In this document: positions 1 to 13,678 of the stretch, one piece after another
How the letters are laid out: each line of letters opens with the position of its first letter
Numbering within the stretch: the stretch's first letter is position 1
DNA from: Syncephalis fuscata S228
Lineage: Eukaryota; Fungi; Zoopagomycota
DNA length: 52,921 bases
Assembly (NCBI GenBank): GCA_025786725.1
Contig: JAHLTZ010000072.1
Span: 1 to 52,921, forward strand
Direction of reading: 5' to 3'
Translations under genes and position numbers: made by a program
The notes under the pieces: model-generated
Told to the model about the DNA's origin: nothing
Database searches by the model: none
The model's input: only the letters and a program-made list of their open reading frames with translations

Positions 1-306
1 AGTTGACGTAAGTATTTATTGAAGTGACATAATATTTCTTTAATCTAACAATAATATATAAATATATATATAAATAGTACGCAACTTATGGTACTAAAGG
101 CGTGCAGCCGTCAAACACGCTGGGTCGATGGTGTACTTACCTCGGGTGAACGTGTACCGGTAGCCGATGTTGATTTCTGCATCAAACAAGACTCTATTCA
201 AGTGGCCGAGCACAAGATCGGTCGTCGTTATGGCGATTGGTTTGTACGTAATATCGGCAAAGTTGAAGATTTATTGGCCAAATTTGAAGAAAAGCCATCT
301 TCTTAA
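1..306 (+). CDS. EIF3L: Eukaryotic translation initiation factor 3 subunit L, 3' end (partial; intron 8-77, last exon 78-306)
   Basis: C-terminal peptide VDFCIKQDSIQVAEHKIGRRYGDWFVRNIGK matches the recalled eIF3L C-terminus ([31 protein letters not shown]). GTAAGT donor at 8 and TAG acceptor at 77 keep the frame. Confidence 0.85.
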
Positions 307-574
307 GAAAACTAATTATGAATGTGTCTAATACCGTTTATCGTATTAAATGTTCGTATTAAATATTATCCATTATTGACATTCATTACTATTATTACAT
401 TATTATTATATTGAATTTACTAAGGTTTTTTTATTACCTTACTCATTCCGGTTATTAGCTTTCTTGTTCATCATCATTTGCAACTATATACTTGCTATCT
501 ATCTATCTATTTATCTATTTATTTATTTAACTATTTAACCAACAACCAATACTTTCATATATTTATATGATAGA

Positions 575-3499
575 ATGGTTACGGGTGACAAGTCAAAGCG
601 ACGCTCTGGTGTCGGTTTTGTACCAGCACAGCGTTTAAAGCGTGCATCTCGTCTACGCATTCAAGTGTCCAATTCTTCACTTAAAAATAGTATAAAGGCA
701 AAGTTACAAGATGTCACTAATAGTGGTAGCCATAATGGATATAATAGCGGCCAAAACAACCATGGTCAATATAATAACCGCGATAGTTATAGCAATAGCG
801 CATCTGGTCGCGGCGAGTTAACCGAACTTACTCGTCTTATGTTGACCCGTCCCCCGCCATATCCTGCTTCACCACTACCATTAACAGGTATTATACGCAA
901 TGAGTCATTTACAAAAACTAGAGGACAGAAAATGAAACAACTTGTTAACAAATTAAGTGCCAATACATCAACAAGTGGTTATGGGACTGAAAATAACGGC
1001 CAACTACCACCTAAAGGATTGGTTGAAGTATCTCAATGTACACTAAGATTACTTGAATTGCTAAAATCCACCGAGATTGTTCAACCAGCATCCACACATA
1101 AACCATGGTAATTATAATTATACTATTAATATTAGTATATTTATTAATTAATATATCTATATAGGTTATTGTCACCACCTAATGCAGTAACATCAACATT
1201 GGCATCAGCAGAAATACAGGCAGCAACACATAAAGGACCATCACCTACCACACCTATAAGTACTCGGGCACGTCGACCATCATTAACACCAGTGCCTAAT
1301 TTCTTACCTAAAGCACCTGTTCAGTCTTCTACATTTTCATCTTCTCATGAACAACAACAACAACAGACATCTACAGATGCTGCAGAGTCGGTATTATCTA
1401 TGAACTTGTTATTAAATATACAGCGTATTATTGAAGGACTTGTACTAGGCGAATGTCTTTATCCTTTACCTTCATTGAATACATCTACATTGAATACGGC
1501 AGATCAACGACTACCACGTATGGGCAGTAGTAGCAAAAATAACAGTGGCAATATAGACTGGACACAACAGCCATGGCGATTACAACGAGCAGTTATAGAA
1601 ATAGCCCGTGAACTAGCACTACGTGGTACTCCTAATGTACTAGATGCTATTCTACCCGGTCTATTGATGTTTAAAGAAGAGAACAAAAATCATATACTTG
1701 ATTTTATAGATTACTTATTAAAAGAAGCTCAGACCGAGACGCATCACTATGCAAGTGAATGTAGTAAGTAGTCTGCCTATTCAACAGTATCAATGACTAA
1801 TAGATATAATGTATTCCAGTACTCCAACAATCATTGGATGATCCAAATCGATCTAGTCTGGCTATTCCAGTGAATACAAAGAATACACAAACTACAGCAG
1901 TATCTACTAATGTTCTAAGTATAGCTTTATTACATGACTATACTCATTCACTATTCCAGCCTTTACTATCAACACTGTTAAATGCTATTTTCCAGCCAGA
2001 TCCATCAAGTAAAAGACAGTCATTTATAGGCAAATCAGCGAGTATATCGGCATTTACACAACGTTGTTTCGACCTACTTGAACGATTGAGTCATCGATGG
2101 TCCGGTATGCCTCTGGGTTTAATTCAAGTAGCAGCTCAAAGTGATCACAGTCGAGTGATGCGAGGCAGTCTCGATCTATTACAACGAGGTTGGCCATGGG
2201 CTATGGGTCATTTTAGTGTAGCGGCCCCATTAACCTACTATCTTGATGAGGAGAGTGAAGTTATTACCGAAGAGTCCACCAAACCTCCATTTCACCATTA
2301 TATGCCTTGGTGGTTTAATAATGATTCATTAATGGACTGTGATTACTGTGAAGACCATGTTACCGGTATGGGTGCATGGTGTACAGGCTGTTTAACAGCT
2401 ATTCATATTGAATGTCTAGCTTATATGGGATTGCCTTCTAGATCCTATTCATATAAGAATCAATACGGTAGATTACAAACCTCGCAAATTATTGCGTGTC
2501 CATTAATGGTGCAGGGACAATTAATACCCAAGGATCTTGTGCCTCAGCGATCCTCAAATGATCATAATTGGCTAGCCTGTCATCTATTTACACTTGTGGG
2601 ATGTGCCGATTGCCATCGACCATTGTGGGGCACATCTCGTCAAGGTTATTATTGTAAACAGTGTGGTCGCTGTATTCATACTGAATGTTACAATACTCGA
2701 ACAAGTAAAGACGGTGAATCATGCCATAGTCCTGTTACCATGAATACTTTTATGATCGACTCTAGTTATCTACCAACCGATCTATCTACTTGGTATAGAC
2801 TTGATTCCGTACAAGATAAAAGAAGTAGCGGTTTTAATGAGATGGAAATACAAATCAAATATAATCAATTACAGTTACAGCAAAGTATGTTGGAAATCGG
2901 TCTTGAGATGACCTCTATTATTATTATTATTGATAATGATAATACAAATTTACCTCGTCACCATAACGATAACAAGAAGGAAGAAAACATTTTGACGGTT
3001 GAAATTGATCGCCTAATGTCATCACTATCAACTGGTACTATAAACTCGGTATCAAGTATTCTTTATAATTATCAACATCTAAGTTCAATTACTGATCAAT
3101 TAAAGAATACACTTCTTATGGAAGATATTCAATCAGGACTAGTTACACCAATGGAAGCAGATTTTCCCGTAACTAGTCATCAATGGCTTGTTACAACAAT
3201 GGCCAAATTATTAGGCATTTCTAAATCCATGGCTGAACAATTGCTCGATCAAATGGTATTAATGGGCAAGATTGACTATGAACATTTATATTTGGCCCAA
3301 AAGTCAATGATTGAAACCGATCGTGTCTATTACTTTCCACTGCCATCACAAATAGATCAAACGATGACACTTGAATGTTTAGTACATATTATAGAAGTCA
3401 GTCTACAAGATATTCATTTATCAATGAATGAAATGGGACTGGCCTTACTAGCGCGTACCAATAACTACTACCACAATACTAATAGTAGCAATAGTAGTG

Positions 3500-3547
<48 letters not shown>

Positions 3548-5880
3548 ATAGTAGTAGTAGTAGTAGTAGTATGCCATTCTTTTATCATCGATTAATGAAA
3601 GCCGTTATTTATTGGGCCTGTGAAGAATCAGATCGATTGGAGCAATTACATACAGATCTTACGACAGTGGGTTCTCCTAGACATCGCGTATTTGGTCTAC
3701 CTCAGATATCATCGAGTACCGCGGCGACTGTTGCCCATTCACCTTCTGATTTATCGATGGGAGCCACTGCTTATGTTAAATGTCGACATCAATTATGTAC
3801 ACGATACATTAAGCGATGGATGTATACTAATTATGAACGGAATGCTGAACAATTCAATCAGTATGTTATTGAATATATCGATTTATGGTGTCGTTCATCG
3901 GATACAGCGCCTAGAATGCCCGGTCGTCGATCTATACCGACTAAAATGGGTGCAGGCGCGCCGGCCAATACACTTGTGCCATTTGGTCGTCGTCTTGAAA
4001 TACTATTAAGATTTAGAACGAATCATTTACTATTTGATTCATTTGAAAGTTTATTTACTCAATGGATCGATTATTCGGTAAAGCGATTAAATACACTAGA
4101 TTGTTTTGGATGGACGGTAATTGACTAAACGAGTAGTTTTATATAGTTACTAATAGTATTGATGGTGTAGAATCATACAATAACCAATGTATTGCCTGTA
4201 CAGCGTGTATTTGGTGAAGGTCGCTATCGACGTATGAGTAATACGTTAATGTTTAGTGTTGATGGACAACCAAACTTTCTTTCTTTAAACGATACAAAAT
4301 TACTTATATACCAAGGAGATATTAATGTAATAGTCTCACGCTTAGCCTTTTTGCAAATGTCTGGGTAAGTAATATGATGAATACTTGTAACGATACTGAT
4401 CTTTGTTACTATATTTTATTAGATTGCCATTGACTATTAAGGTGCTTCGATGGTTGGGCCAACAATTAGCTGAACATAAGCATAAGCTATCACCAAGTAA
4501 TGCCGTTCATAGTGTTTTACTTTTATGGCGTAGTTTACTTGCATCGGGTGATCAATATAGTATATTACAAGAAAATATTTTACCTATTTATGTAGCTGCA
4601 CTACATACTGGACAGATTAACTATCTGCGTTCTGTTAATGAAGATGAAGATGCACCTATTCAGCCAGAGTAAGTTACAGTATTATTATATGTAGTTAAAT
4701 ATATAACAATTAATACACTGAATATAGGAGCCGTCTTTTATTCCATGGTATTCTTGCTTTAATGCTTTGTATTTGTGGCTGTCTACCAGAAGAAGTAGAT
4801 GCATTAGAACTATTGCCACCTGTTCAATCGCAATGCGTGTAAGTGGTAATCAGTTACTAAAACAATTTGATACTTATTTAACTATTATATGTATATTTAT
4901 ATTTATAATAGTATTCCAGAGATACGATTACCAGAGACACCTAATGTTATACAATTAACAGATAGAACACCTATTGTACAACCATTACTTGATTTTATTC
5001 ATTTAACCCGACTTGACGATGTTTATGTAACCATTCAGACTGTGGATGTACTTGTTAAACATGGTCGACGTATTGCTCAACTATCGTCATTTATGCGTAG
5101 TGTACAGCCAAAGTTATTGGCACGGTAAGTATGATGACTATTATAATTGTAATTATAATTATTAATACATTATTATTAGTACATGGTCAGCGATGCAAAC
5201 TATGAATTCATCTTTAATAGAGTTTATTCTACCGGTGTTTTTTGCTTTAATCGATGCAGAACAAGCTTATTTCTATGAATTTATCAAACAATCATTTTGG
5301 GAGACTTGGGAATTAAGGTTTGTTGTTAGCAATCTCATTATTATTACTATTTGGTATTAATATATTATAATAGATATCAAGCATTAGATTCAACTTATGG
5401 CCTATTTATTAAACTAACAGATAATTATATTGAACAATTTAGCGATAATTTATGTCAGCTTGGATTTATTGTAACTCAAATGGTTCAATGTTTATGGGAT
5501 ACGGAAGTAAGTGTTAACAGTTTTACTACATTAGCTATAACAAGTTTAGGTAATGGTGGCCATTAAATCACGTACATTATTTGAAACGATGCCTGCACCG
5601 ACACGAGCCATTACTTTCCGTTGTTGGAATGATTACTTTTCCAAAGCAGATTCTACTGAACAAAGTAGTATTTGCCAAGTAATGATACGCGTAGCGACAG
5701 CATTTCCTAGTTGGCCTAGTAAGTTGTGTATTAAAGGATAAAAGGGAATATTTATATTAATAGTGGTTTAAATAGTACTTAAATGGTCTATTTTACTTGA
5801 TGGATTGGCCAATCATTTACCTCCTATTAAGATAGGGGTAAGTTAGTTGATATATACTTAATAATTTAATTGTAATAATT

Positions 5881-5919
<39 letters not shown>

Positions 5920-8900
5920 GGGAATGGAAGGAAATCAAACAACAACTTCCGATGCTTCATTATCTGATTCATGGACACCATCTAATGAAGAAAATATTCC
6001 GGTAATTAAACAACTAATGTTAATATTATATAGTATAATAACTAATAACTATAATAATTGATATATAGACATTTCTACTTACACTTGCCTATCGTATGCT
6101 AGCCCGTAAAGTGCCTATTCCTGCCTCTGACCTATGTACACTTAAATACCTTACTTTGATACAAATGGGTTTCCGTGACTGTTTTGTACGACGAAGAACC
6201 CAAGATGTGCAATTCGGCCAACTTGACTTTGATCCTCGTGATTTACGTCAACGGGCGGTTATACAAGTATGCGTGGCAGGCATGAATGAATTACTTGATA
6301 TCTACCATATTTCTCGTACGGGTGTTGAGTTACGTGAAAATAGCGATATTCATGAAGATGAAATTATTGGTACATCTTTCATCGATATCCTACTACAGCT
6401 ATATAATTCACAAGTGGATCTTACTCAATTGGAAGATACTATGCTACGTACCTGGATAGAATCTGTTACTTTAATTACTCACAAGGTAATTAGACTAGCC
6501 AGTTAATTAATTAACTAACTAACTAACTAACTAACTATTTATCTATTAGTGTAATGTTAATGATTCAACACGAATGGACGAGATTGCCGATATTGTTAAA
6601 CAATTAGCTCTATTACTTGATGGGCCTATATCAGCCGATAACCAGCTTCTTATTATCTCTACATTCTCACTGGTTCTCCACCATGCACCTAACATTATTG
6701 CTGCGGCTCTATGGCGTGTTGTGTGTTGTGTTGGTGCCTTACTAACCCGTCTACGTAATCATACGCATAATACACTATTTAACAAGGCTCGCTACTTTTT
6801 ATCACGAGCTATTTGTAAATTTAGTGATAGTGGTATCTTTTTATTAATATTTAAGGTAAGATAGAATGGCACCAATGGTAATGACACCTATCTAATATAA
6901 TGATATAATAGAATTCTCCAGCCCCTGGTTATATGATTGATAGTGTTGAGCAATTATCGCCGGATATTGACATGTTATTTGTTTTAAAGACAGTCATTAC
7001 CGATATTGAACGGCATCCACCGGATGATTACAAATCAAGTACACCTTTACGTGAGAAACCGGTACAAGATGTACTTACACGTATTTTTACGTTAAAGACA
7101 CTTGAAAAGTCTGGTGTCTCACGGATATTGTATAATATGAGTCGTTACATTAAAGTAACTTATCCACTACCATTTAGTGATCATTTAGCGACTGGTAAGT
7201 TTTAATTATTTTATCCATTTATTTATATTAAAGCAATTCATTATTAGAATATATCAGTTTTCTTAATCGATTGGCACGTCATACTGCTAATTGGGATCCG
7301 GTGGAGTTTAACATTATACCTGTATTATCATCAGCTGCAGTAATTCTACAAGAACATCCATATCATTTTGAGGTAATATATATATATATATATATATATA
7401 TAAGTAGTTATATCCATTCTATACTAATTATATTATTATTATTATTGTTGTTGTTACTTTAGACTATGATTAATGCTTCAATGACTATATTTCGACATTC
7501 ATTACAACGATTTGAACTGTCACGCACTGTAATGATTAATATGATTATGGCATTCCGTCAATTATCAAAAAATATGCCATCACATCAAGGACATCCAAAA
7601 GAGAATCCATTTGCTTCATGCATTCTTACTGAGGTTGAGTCACGATTAATTGGTCGTTCACGTATGTTGGCTTCAACGGCTGCTAATTGTATTGAGGTAA
7701 AATTAGACATTGAAATTAACTAATTGATTAATTATTACTAAAACGATTTATAGCTTATTACACTTGATATGCAAGGCACGGTATATCTAGGTGAAGAGAG
7801 ACTAAAGGCTAAACTACTATTTAATTGCTCATTAACCGATATTTGTCGATGTGCTGCACAATATCTACGTCAACCACTATTGCTAATCGATAATGAAAGC
7901 AATTTACGCTTAGCCACGACACAATTGCTTGTGTTTAACATGGAATACAATGGCATGCAAGTAACAGAATTTCTACAAGATAATGTAAGTGTTTACTACA
8001 ATTAATAAAATGTAATGTTATAATAATGATGTCTATTAGAATAATGTTAAAGGCGCATTGCAAGCACTATGTTGGCTATGTATCGCTACACTGGCCACTG
8101 ATTCTATAGTCATGTATCGTACATTATTGGGTGCTCAGCGTATTGCTTCATTGCTTACACTTGCCTTTTCTGCCGGTCATGGCCCTGAATTTAATAATAT
8201 TTCACGATTTGGATTTATTGCCGTTAAAGCTTTATCGTTGATGTATTGCCGTATTGCCGTTGTACCTCATCTACTTAATTCGAATCTTGATGCATTTGCC
8301 GAAGGTGAAAATAGTCTTTGGCAAGAAGTATGGCCGGTGCTAAAAGATCAGTTAATTATTCTATTTAATCCAATGTTTCAACATGGTGCCATTGATTCGG
8401 TAAGTAGAAACTATTATAAATTTATTAATAAATATAAGCCAATTACTGATTTGTTATTGTTATTATTAGAATGTTGAAAGTATGTGGCATGATTTTATTG
8501 ATATGATTGTTTTCCTACAACGAGCAAATGCACATGGGCTTTCCATCTATGCGGAACAATGGCCACTATTACTTGACAAATTCATGGAACGGGTATGTGT
8601 TTGCACAGTTATTACTGTTGCTATAATATACGAATACGTCTAATTAAATACGTCTATTATTGTGGATATATTAATAGCAACGAGAACAAATGGGTGCTGT
8701 CGACGCCAAAGTATCTAACGCTCGTCGCGGCATGGATGAACCGCCGTCAGAACAACGACTTGATGTACTATTGGAACGACTGCTTACCGAGTTGATTCGT
8801 GTATCGGTATTGGCCGGTCAATCTACAACGACACCTAATGCAGGAACTACTACGACCATAGGCTCGACAGGAATGAGCATGGGAGGATCGAAGGGCGGTT

Positions 8901-9109
8901 CAAGTTCAAATGCCGCTATCAATCTTACCACTTCGTTGAGTAGTAGTGGTGGTATAACACTTGGCAGTGTTACAGCTATGCCATCTATTATGCGGTCACG
9001 TAGTCTTAGTAATCCTACTCATTCGAGTGAACGATCCATATCTGGTGGATTTATGAATTTGACAGTACCCCGATCACAGGGTCGTAGTGGTATTAAGAAA
9101 CCCACTTGA
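575..9109 (+). CDS. Large multi-exon protein (>2000 aa) with two C1 (phorbol-ester/DAG-type) Cys/His zinc fingers and a long helical C-terminal region; UNC79-like block
   Basis: Consecutive + strand ORFs (575, 1169, 1834, 4403, 4889, 5351, 5553, 6096, 6574, 6933, 7271, 7466, 7769, 8058, 8690) are joined by short GT-AG introns. C1-like motifs: HHY...CDYCEDH...WCTGCLTAIHIEC and HNW...CADCHRPLWG...GYYCKQCGRCIHTEC. Stop at 9107-9109. Confidence 0.75.
3480..3570 (+). repeat. (AGT)n microsatellite encoding a poly-Ser tract
   Basis: Directly visible AGT trinucleotide run inside the 1834-4128 exon. Confidence 0.95.
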
Positions 9110-9290
9110 TCCTACATCATTACACTAGATTATAGATGGATAATAAAGCGATGTAACAGCCTAATACTATAAGATGTAAAGATAGATATTTATTAAAAGA
9201 TAGAACCAACTCTCTTCCCTTCAATCCTATAGTGTTATATAGTCATGAATACACCTGTGTCGTATACGTGTGCTATCCTTTCTCTTTTGA

Positions 9291-11014
9291 CTAATAATTG
9301 CCATTAGATTCGGCGGCATGCCAGTCAATAGCGTAGCAAACATAAGGACGATAGTTCTTGTCGTATAAGCTCAAGTGCTGCATTTCTTCTAGATCATCGC
9401 TGGTTGCATCCGCTTTCTGTCGGTGCTTTCCTTCCAAATAGCCGTAAAGTCGATCAAGCGTCTTTTCCACCTTATCAATATGATTTGGATGAGGCTATGG
9501 AGCAATTAACATATGTTAATACTATTTACATATATATATATATATCAAGTTACCTTAATAACACCGGCCATATAGTCGGATGATAGGCCGTAACGAAGGA
9601 CCGATTCAACATAGGTTCGAATAAATTTTACATGTATCCATGATGCAAATACTTCGCCAAAATTAATATTGCACCATTCAAAAAGAGATGCCTTATAGAT
9701 AGGATCCGTATAAGTTACAATAATACGGAAACATGCAAACTTACATTAAGTGCACGCTTTGTCGCTTCAAGTTCGGCCAATTCTTGACGATCACGTTGTA
9801 GTTGCGATTCATCAAATTGAAACTCGCGTGTAATGAATCTATTTTACTTTATTAATAGCTGCCATTAGTCTTTTATAAGATTTACTTACTTTTCTTCTCG
9901 GCATTTATTTGTAAACTCAGTGACAGACTTTTGCAGCAACACCACGCTATACAATCCGTATTCCGCGTCCTCTTGAATAAGTCTGTATAATTCATTCATC
10001 AGCCTAATGGTACCAATATTGTCAAATAGTACCTACACTGATGAACGAGGTACAACACCAAACACGAGTTTTTCATATTTGGCTTGCCATTCTTTAGATA
10101 GATTACTAAGTGATCATTTAATTATATAATCTTATAAACCATTGAAATAATTACCGTGGTACAGCAACAAAAACCGTTTGCAAATACTCGGAATCTGTGA
10201 TACAGTCTTCTTGTTTAACAATACCAACTAGACTACGTACAGCTAGATTGCCACTAAATAATAATAATAATATGCTGTTTGTTAGTGGGGAATCGTAATA
10301 GCATTAAATATTTACGTTTGTTTGCGTTCCAGATTTTGCACCGATCCTTTTACATTGTTAAATTGGGTGATTTTAGTTTTTAATGCTGAATCAACATTGC
10401 CAACCGACTAAATATACATTATTCTATTAAAAAGTGGCCAATACACTATAGTTGATAAATAACTTACCTCTGCTATCATTACAACTATATCTTTCAATGG
10501 ACGATCTGGACGATATTTCGTTGTATTCCATTGAAAAGTCTTAACGTAATGATCCACCGATTCTAAATATGACGTATTATTATAATATATCAATGATGGA
10601 GTTAATGATAGCTACTATTACTTACTGTCATAGACTGTCAAGTGTAGACTTAGATGCTTTCTTTCTTCACCAAGTAGATTTCCAAGTGTATCGGCCAGTT
10701 TGTTGGCCGTTGCTTCAAGTGCTTGGTCGTATTTGACGAGCTCGTCCGATAATGTCATAAGACCGTCTAGTGACCCAGTCTATATATTTTATTCAGTTCA
10801 TTTTATTATTAGTTTACGCTTCTATTTTAACATTGTCCAATCTATTCACCTTGAATGACGGAAACTTAAGGGCGCACGTCTCAGCATACTCTGTGGGCTC
10901 CTCAGCAATGCTGCGACGTAGCTGGTGCCACGATTGCACCCTATCCTGTTCCGCTTGACCAGTGCTTGAATTGCCGGCGTTTACCGGCACGGAAATAAGC
11001 CAGTACTGCGGCAT
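9291..11014 (-). CDS. VMA5: V-type proton ATPase V1 subunit C (multi-exon)
   Basis: N-terminus MPQYWLISVP...FPSFK, then GLMTLSDELVKYDQ, VDHYVKTFQWNTTKYR, GNLAVRSL, DSEYLQTVFVAVP, NFGEVFASWIHVKFIRTYVESVLRYGL and C-terminal PYVCYAI. These are typical Vma5/ATP6V1C motifs. ATG 11014, TAG 9291. Confidence 0.93.
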
Positions 11015-11714
11015 GATGATGGCAGTAGTATAGATAGTAGATTTGTTAAAGAGCAAGGATTGTAAATAAACAGCTATAGCTTGTGTTTGATAGACGATAG
11101 AGCAATGTAACAAGCTAGGAACGAAAAGAGGAACGATAATGTTGGCGTCACCTGTTCAAGCAGGTAGAGGTCACCTGAATTAAAGCGTTTTCGTCATCAT
11201 TTTTATATTGCTATTATTAGTATTGTGTTATGTGGTGATGATGATGCTGAAAATTAGCGTATCATAATTGCTATTACTATTACTATTGTGTTATTATTAT
11301 ACACACTATTTAGTATTCAAATAATTATAGTGTATTTTAATAAAGGTGACAGCACGTACACCTCGATATTTATTCATTATTTCTACAATCGTTCAAACTA
11401 TAGAAAAGCACAGCAATAAAACGATGATAGAGATTGGTAGCATGAATAGTTGTAGCAAAAAATAAAATAAACACTCAGTGCCTAGGTATTTGAAGCAGCT
11501 GTTGGTTCATTGATGTTAAATAACAGCCATTTCTAATAAGTGGCCAATTCGAGTCATGTTATTAGTCTACGAATTTATTGGAACTAGTAGCAGTAATAAC
11601 AACAAGGATAGAATAATAGACTATCTTTGATCTATTGGCTATTATTTGATTTATGCTATTATTTGGCAACGATTTAAAATTACTATAATAAAGTACAAGT
11701 TAGTTATTAAAATT

Positions 11715-12857
11715 CTAAATTATTAATCTGCGTACCTGAGCAGAAGGGCGGATAGAACGACGAGCAGTCTGAGTCACTCTTCCGTTGTCTCTGACCGTTT
11801 CTATTACATTAAGATTGTTGGCGGCCTTAATGTTGCTTGCTCTGACGGTAATCAAATCAGCTCGTCGGACATTTTGATTAAGACGGCCGTTATCGCGTAC
11901 AGTTTCCAAAACATTGACATTGTTTAATGCACGAAGATTTCGCAGATCGACTGTAGCCAAGCCATCACGACGCACGTTTTGATTAAGGCGACCGTTATCG
12001 CGTACAGTCTCCACGGCGTTGATGTTATTGGCTGCACGAAGATTTCTTAAATCAACAGTGGCCAAACCATCACGACGAACATTTTGCGTAACGCGGCCAT
12101 TATCACGTACAGTCTCCACGGCATTAATATTATTGGCTGCACGGGCATTTGGAGCATTCACAGTGATAAGGTCGGCACGACGCACGTTTTGATTTAATTG
12201 ACCATTATCACGTACAGTCTCCACGGCATTAATGTTATTGGCTGCACGGAGATTTCGTAGATCAACTGTGGCCAAGCCATCACGACGAACATTTTGCGTA
12301 ACACGACCGTTGTCGCGTACGGTTTCCAAAACACCGAGATTGTTCAATGCGCGGAGATTGTTTAAATCAAGGGTAAGTAGACCGTCACGACGTACATTTT
12401 GCGTAACACGGCCATTATCACGTACAGTCTCCACGGCATTGATATTATTGGCTGCACGGGCATTCGGAGCATTTACAGTGATAAGGTCGGCACGACGCAC
12501 GTTCTGGTTCAGTTGGCCTTGATCGCGTACAGTTTCCACTGCGTTGACATTATTTAATAAACGAAGGTTCTGAGCACGTACAGTGATAAGGTCATCACGA
12601 CGTACGTTCTGATTTAATTGACCATTATCGCGTACCGTTTCCACTGCATTAATGTTATTGGCTGCACGGAGATTTCTTAAATCAACTGTGGCCAAGCCAT
12701 CACGACGAACAAGCTAGATGGGAAGTACATTAGCTACTAAATTATTATACAACAAAGCATTAATAAATACCCTTTGGTTTACATTTAGCACTGTTGGTGC
12801 TGCATTGCTGACGGCTACAAGTAGAGCAACAACCGAAAAAATAGATTTGATTTGCAT
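11715..12857 (-). CDS. Secreted Kex2-processed repeat protein (KEP): signal peptide plus nine 35-aa repeats each ending in RR; 361 aa
   Basis: Exon 1 (12857-12771) encodes MQIKSIFSVVALLVAVSNAAPTVLNVNQR. A 57-nt GT-AG intron (12770-12714) has a GCTAAT branch point. Exon 2 (12713-11715) encodes LVRR, 9 x [DGLATVDLRNLRAANNINAVETVRDNGQLNQNVRR-like] and a 13-aa tail. Confidence 0.9.
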
Positions 12858-13185
12858 AATTTCGAAAAATAATAGATGTTGTGTGATGAAAGTATTAACG
12901 AATAATAGCCAGTCAAGCTAAATAACGGACGACAGTTTGCGCAGTTTTTGTTTAAAAGGTTCTAGAAATAATTGCGGATTGAATATGATTTAAGCGCAGA
13001 ATAGAAAGCAGTCAAAACTATTGGAATAACAAAACGCTGCAGTAAAAGAACGCGAGATGAGATGATTGTCGAATAAAGCGAGGCTATGTTGCAATTCCTC
13101 TTTATAGTAAAATTGTAGTATTTACAAACTACTTATCGCATACAATTGTATTGGCGGAAGTGTACAAGTGTTAGTAACATTGAAA

Positions 13186-13216
13186 ACTGTATCATTAGCA
13201 TTGCTAATGATACAGT
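13186..13216. repeat. Perfect 31-bp palindrome (15-bp arms, 1-nt spacer) upstream of the KEP gene
   Basis: ACTGTATCATTAGCA-T-TGCTAATGATACAGT read directly. Confidence 0.9.
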
Positions 13217-13678
13217 CGTCAATCCAGAAACCATTTGGCGGAGCTTCATGCACAGTAAATCGTACGCGATTGCAAGTCACATTAGGTGTGGTGCCACGCC
13301 CCTTTAATTAATAAACTACCACGTGCACAACGCACGCACTTGGCACTGGCTATTTGCCATCAGGGGAAGCAAAGCGATTTATAGCTCATCATTGCGCATC
13401 ATTGTTTTATGATCGTTGTTAAAAGGGGAAAGAGCATAAGAGCCGCGGTAGCATCTTTATGTATAAACTCTATATTTGTTGCAGTACAGTGCAGCGATGT
13501 TCCGTGTAAGCTGCCATAATAGTGACATGAATTAAATTGTGCAATAATAATTGGATACATATCATTTTTATAAAACATTTTATTAAATAAACAAATAGAT
13601 AAAAAGCGAATAGTGTACGTGAAGGCTGCCAAGCTATAATGCTATTGGAATAAATTGTAAGCTAGCTACAATCTATAA

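Noticed and set aside
11715-12857. Dikaritin-type cyclic RiPP cluster
   Set aside because: No DUF3328/UstYa, tyrosinase or methyltransferase gene is in the window. The cores are long and lack aromatic residues.
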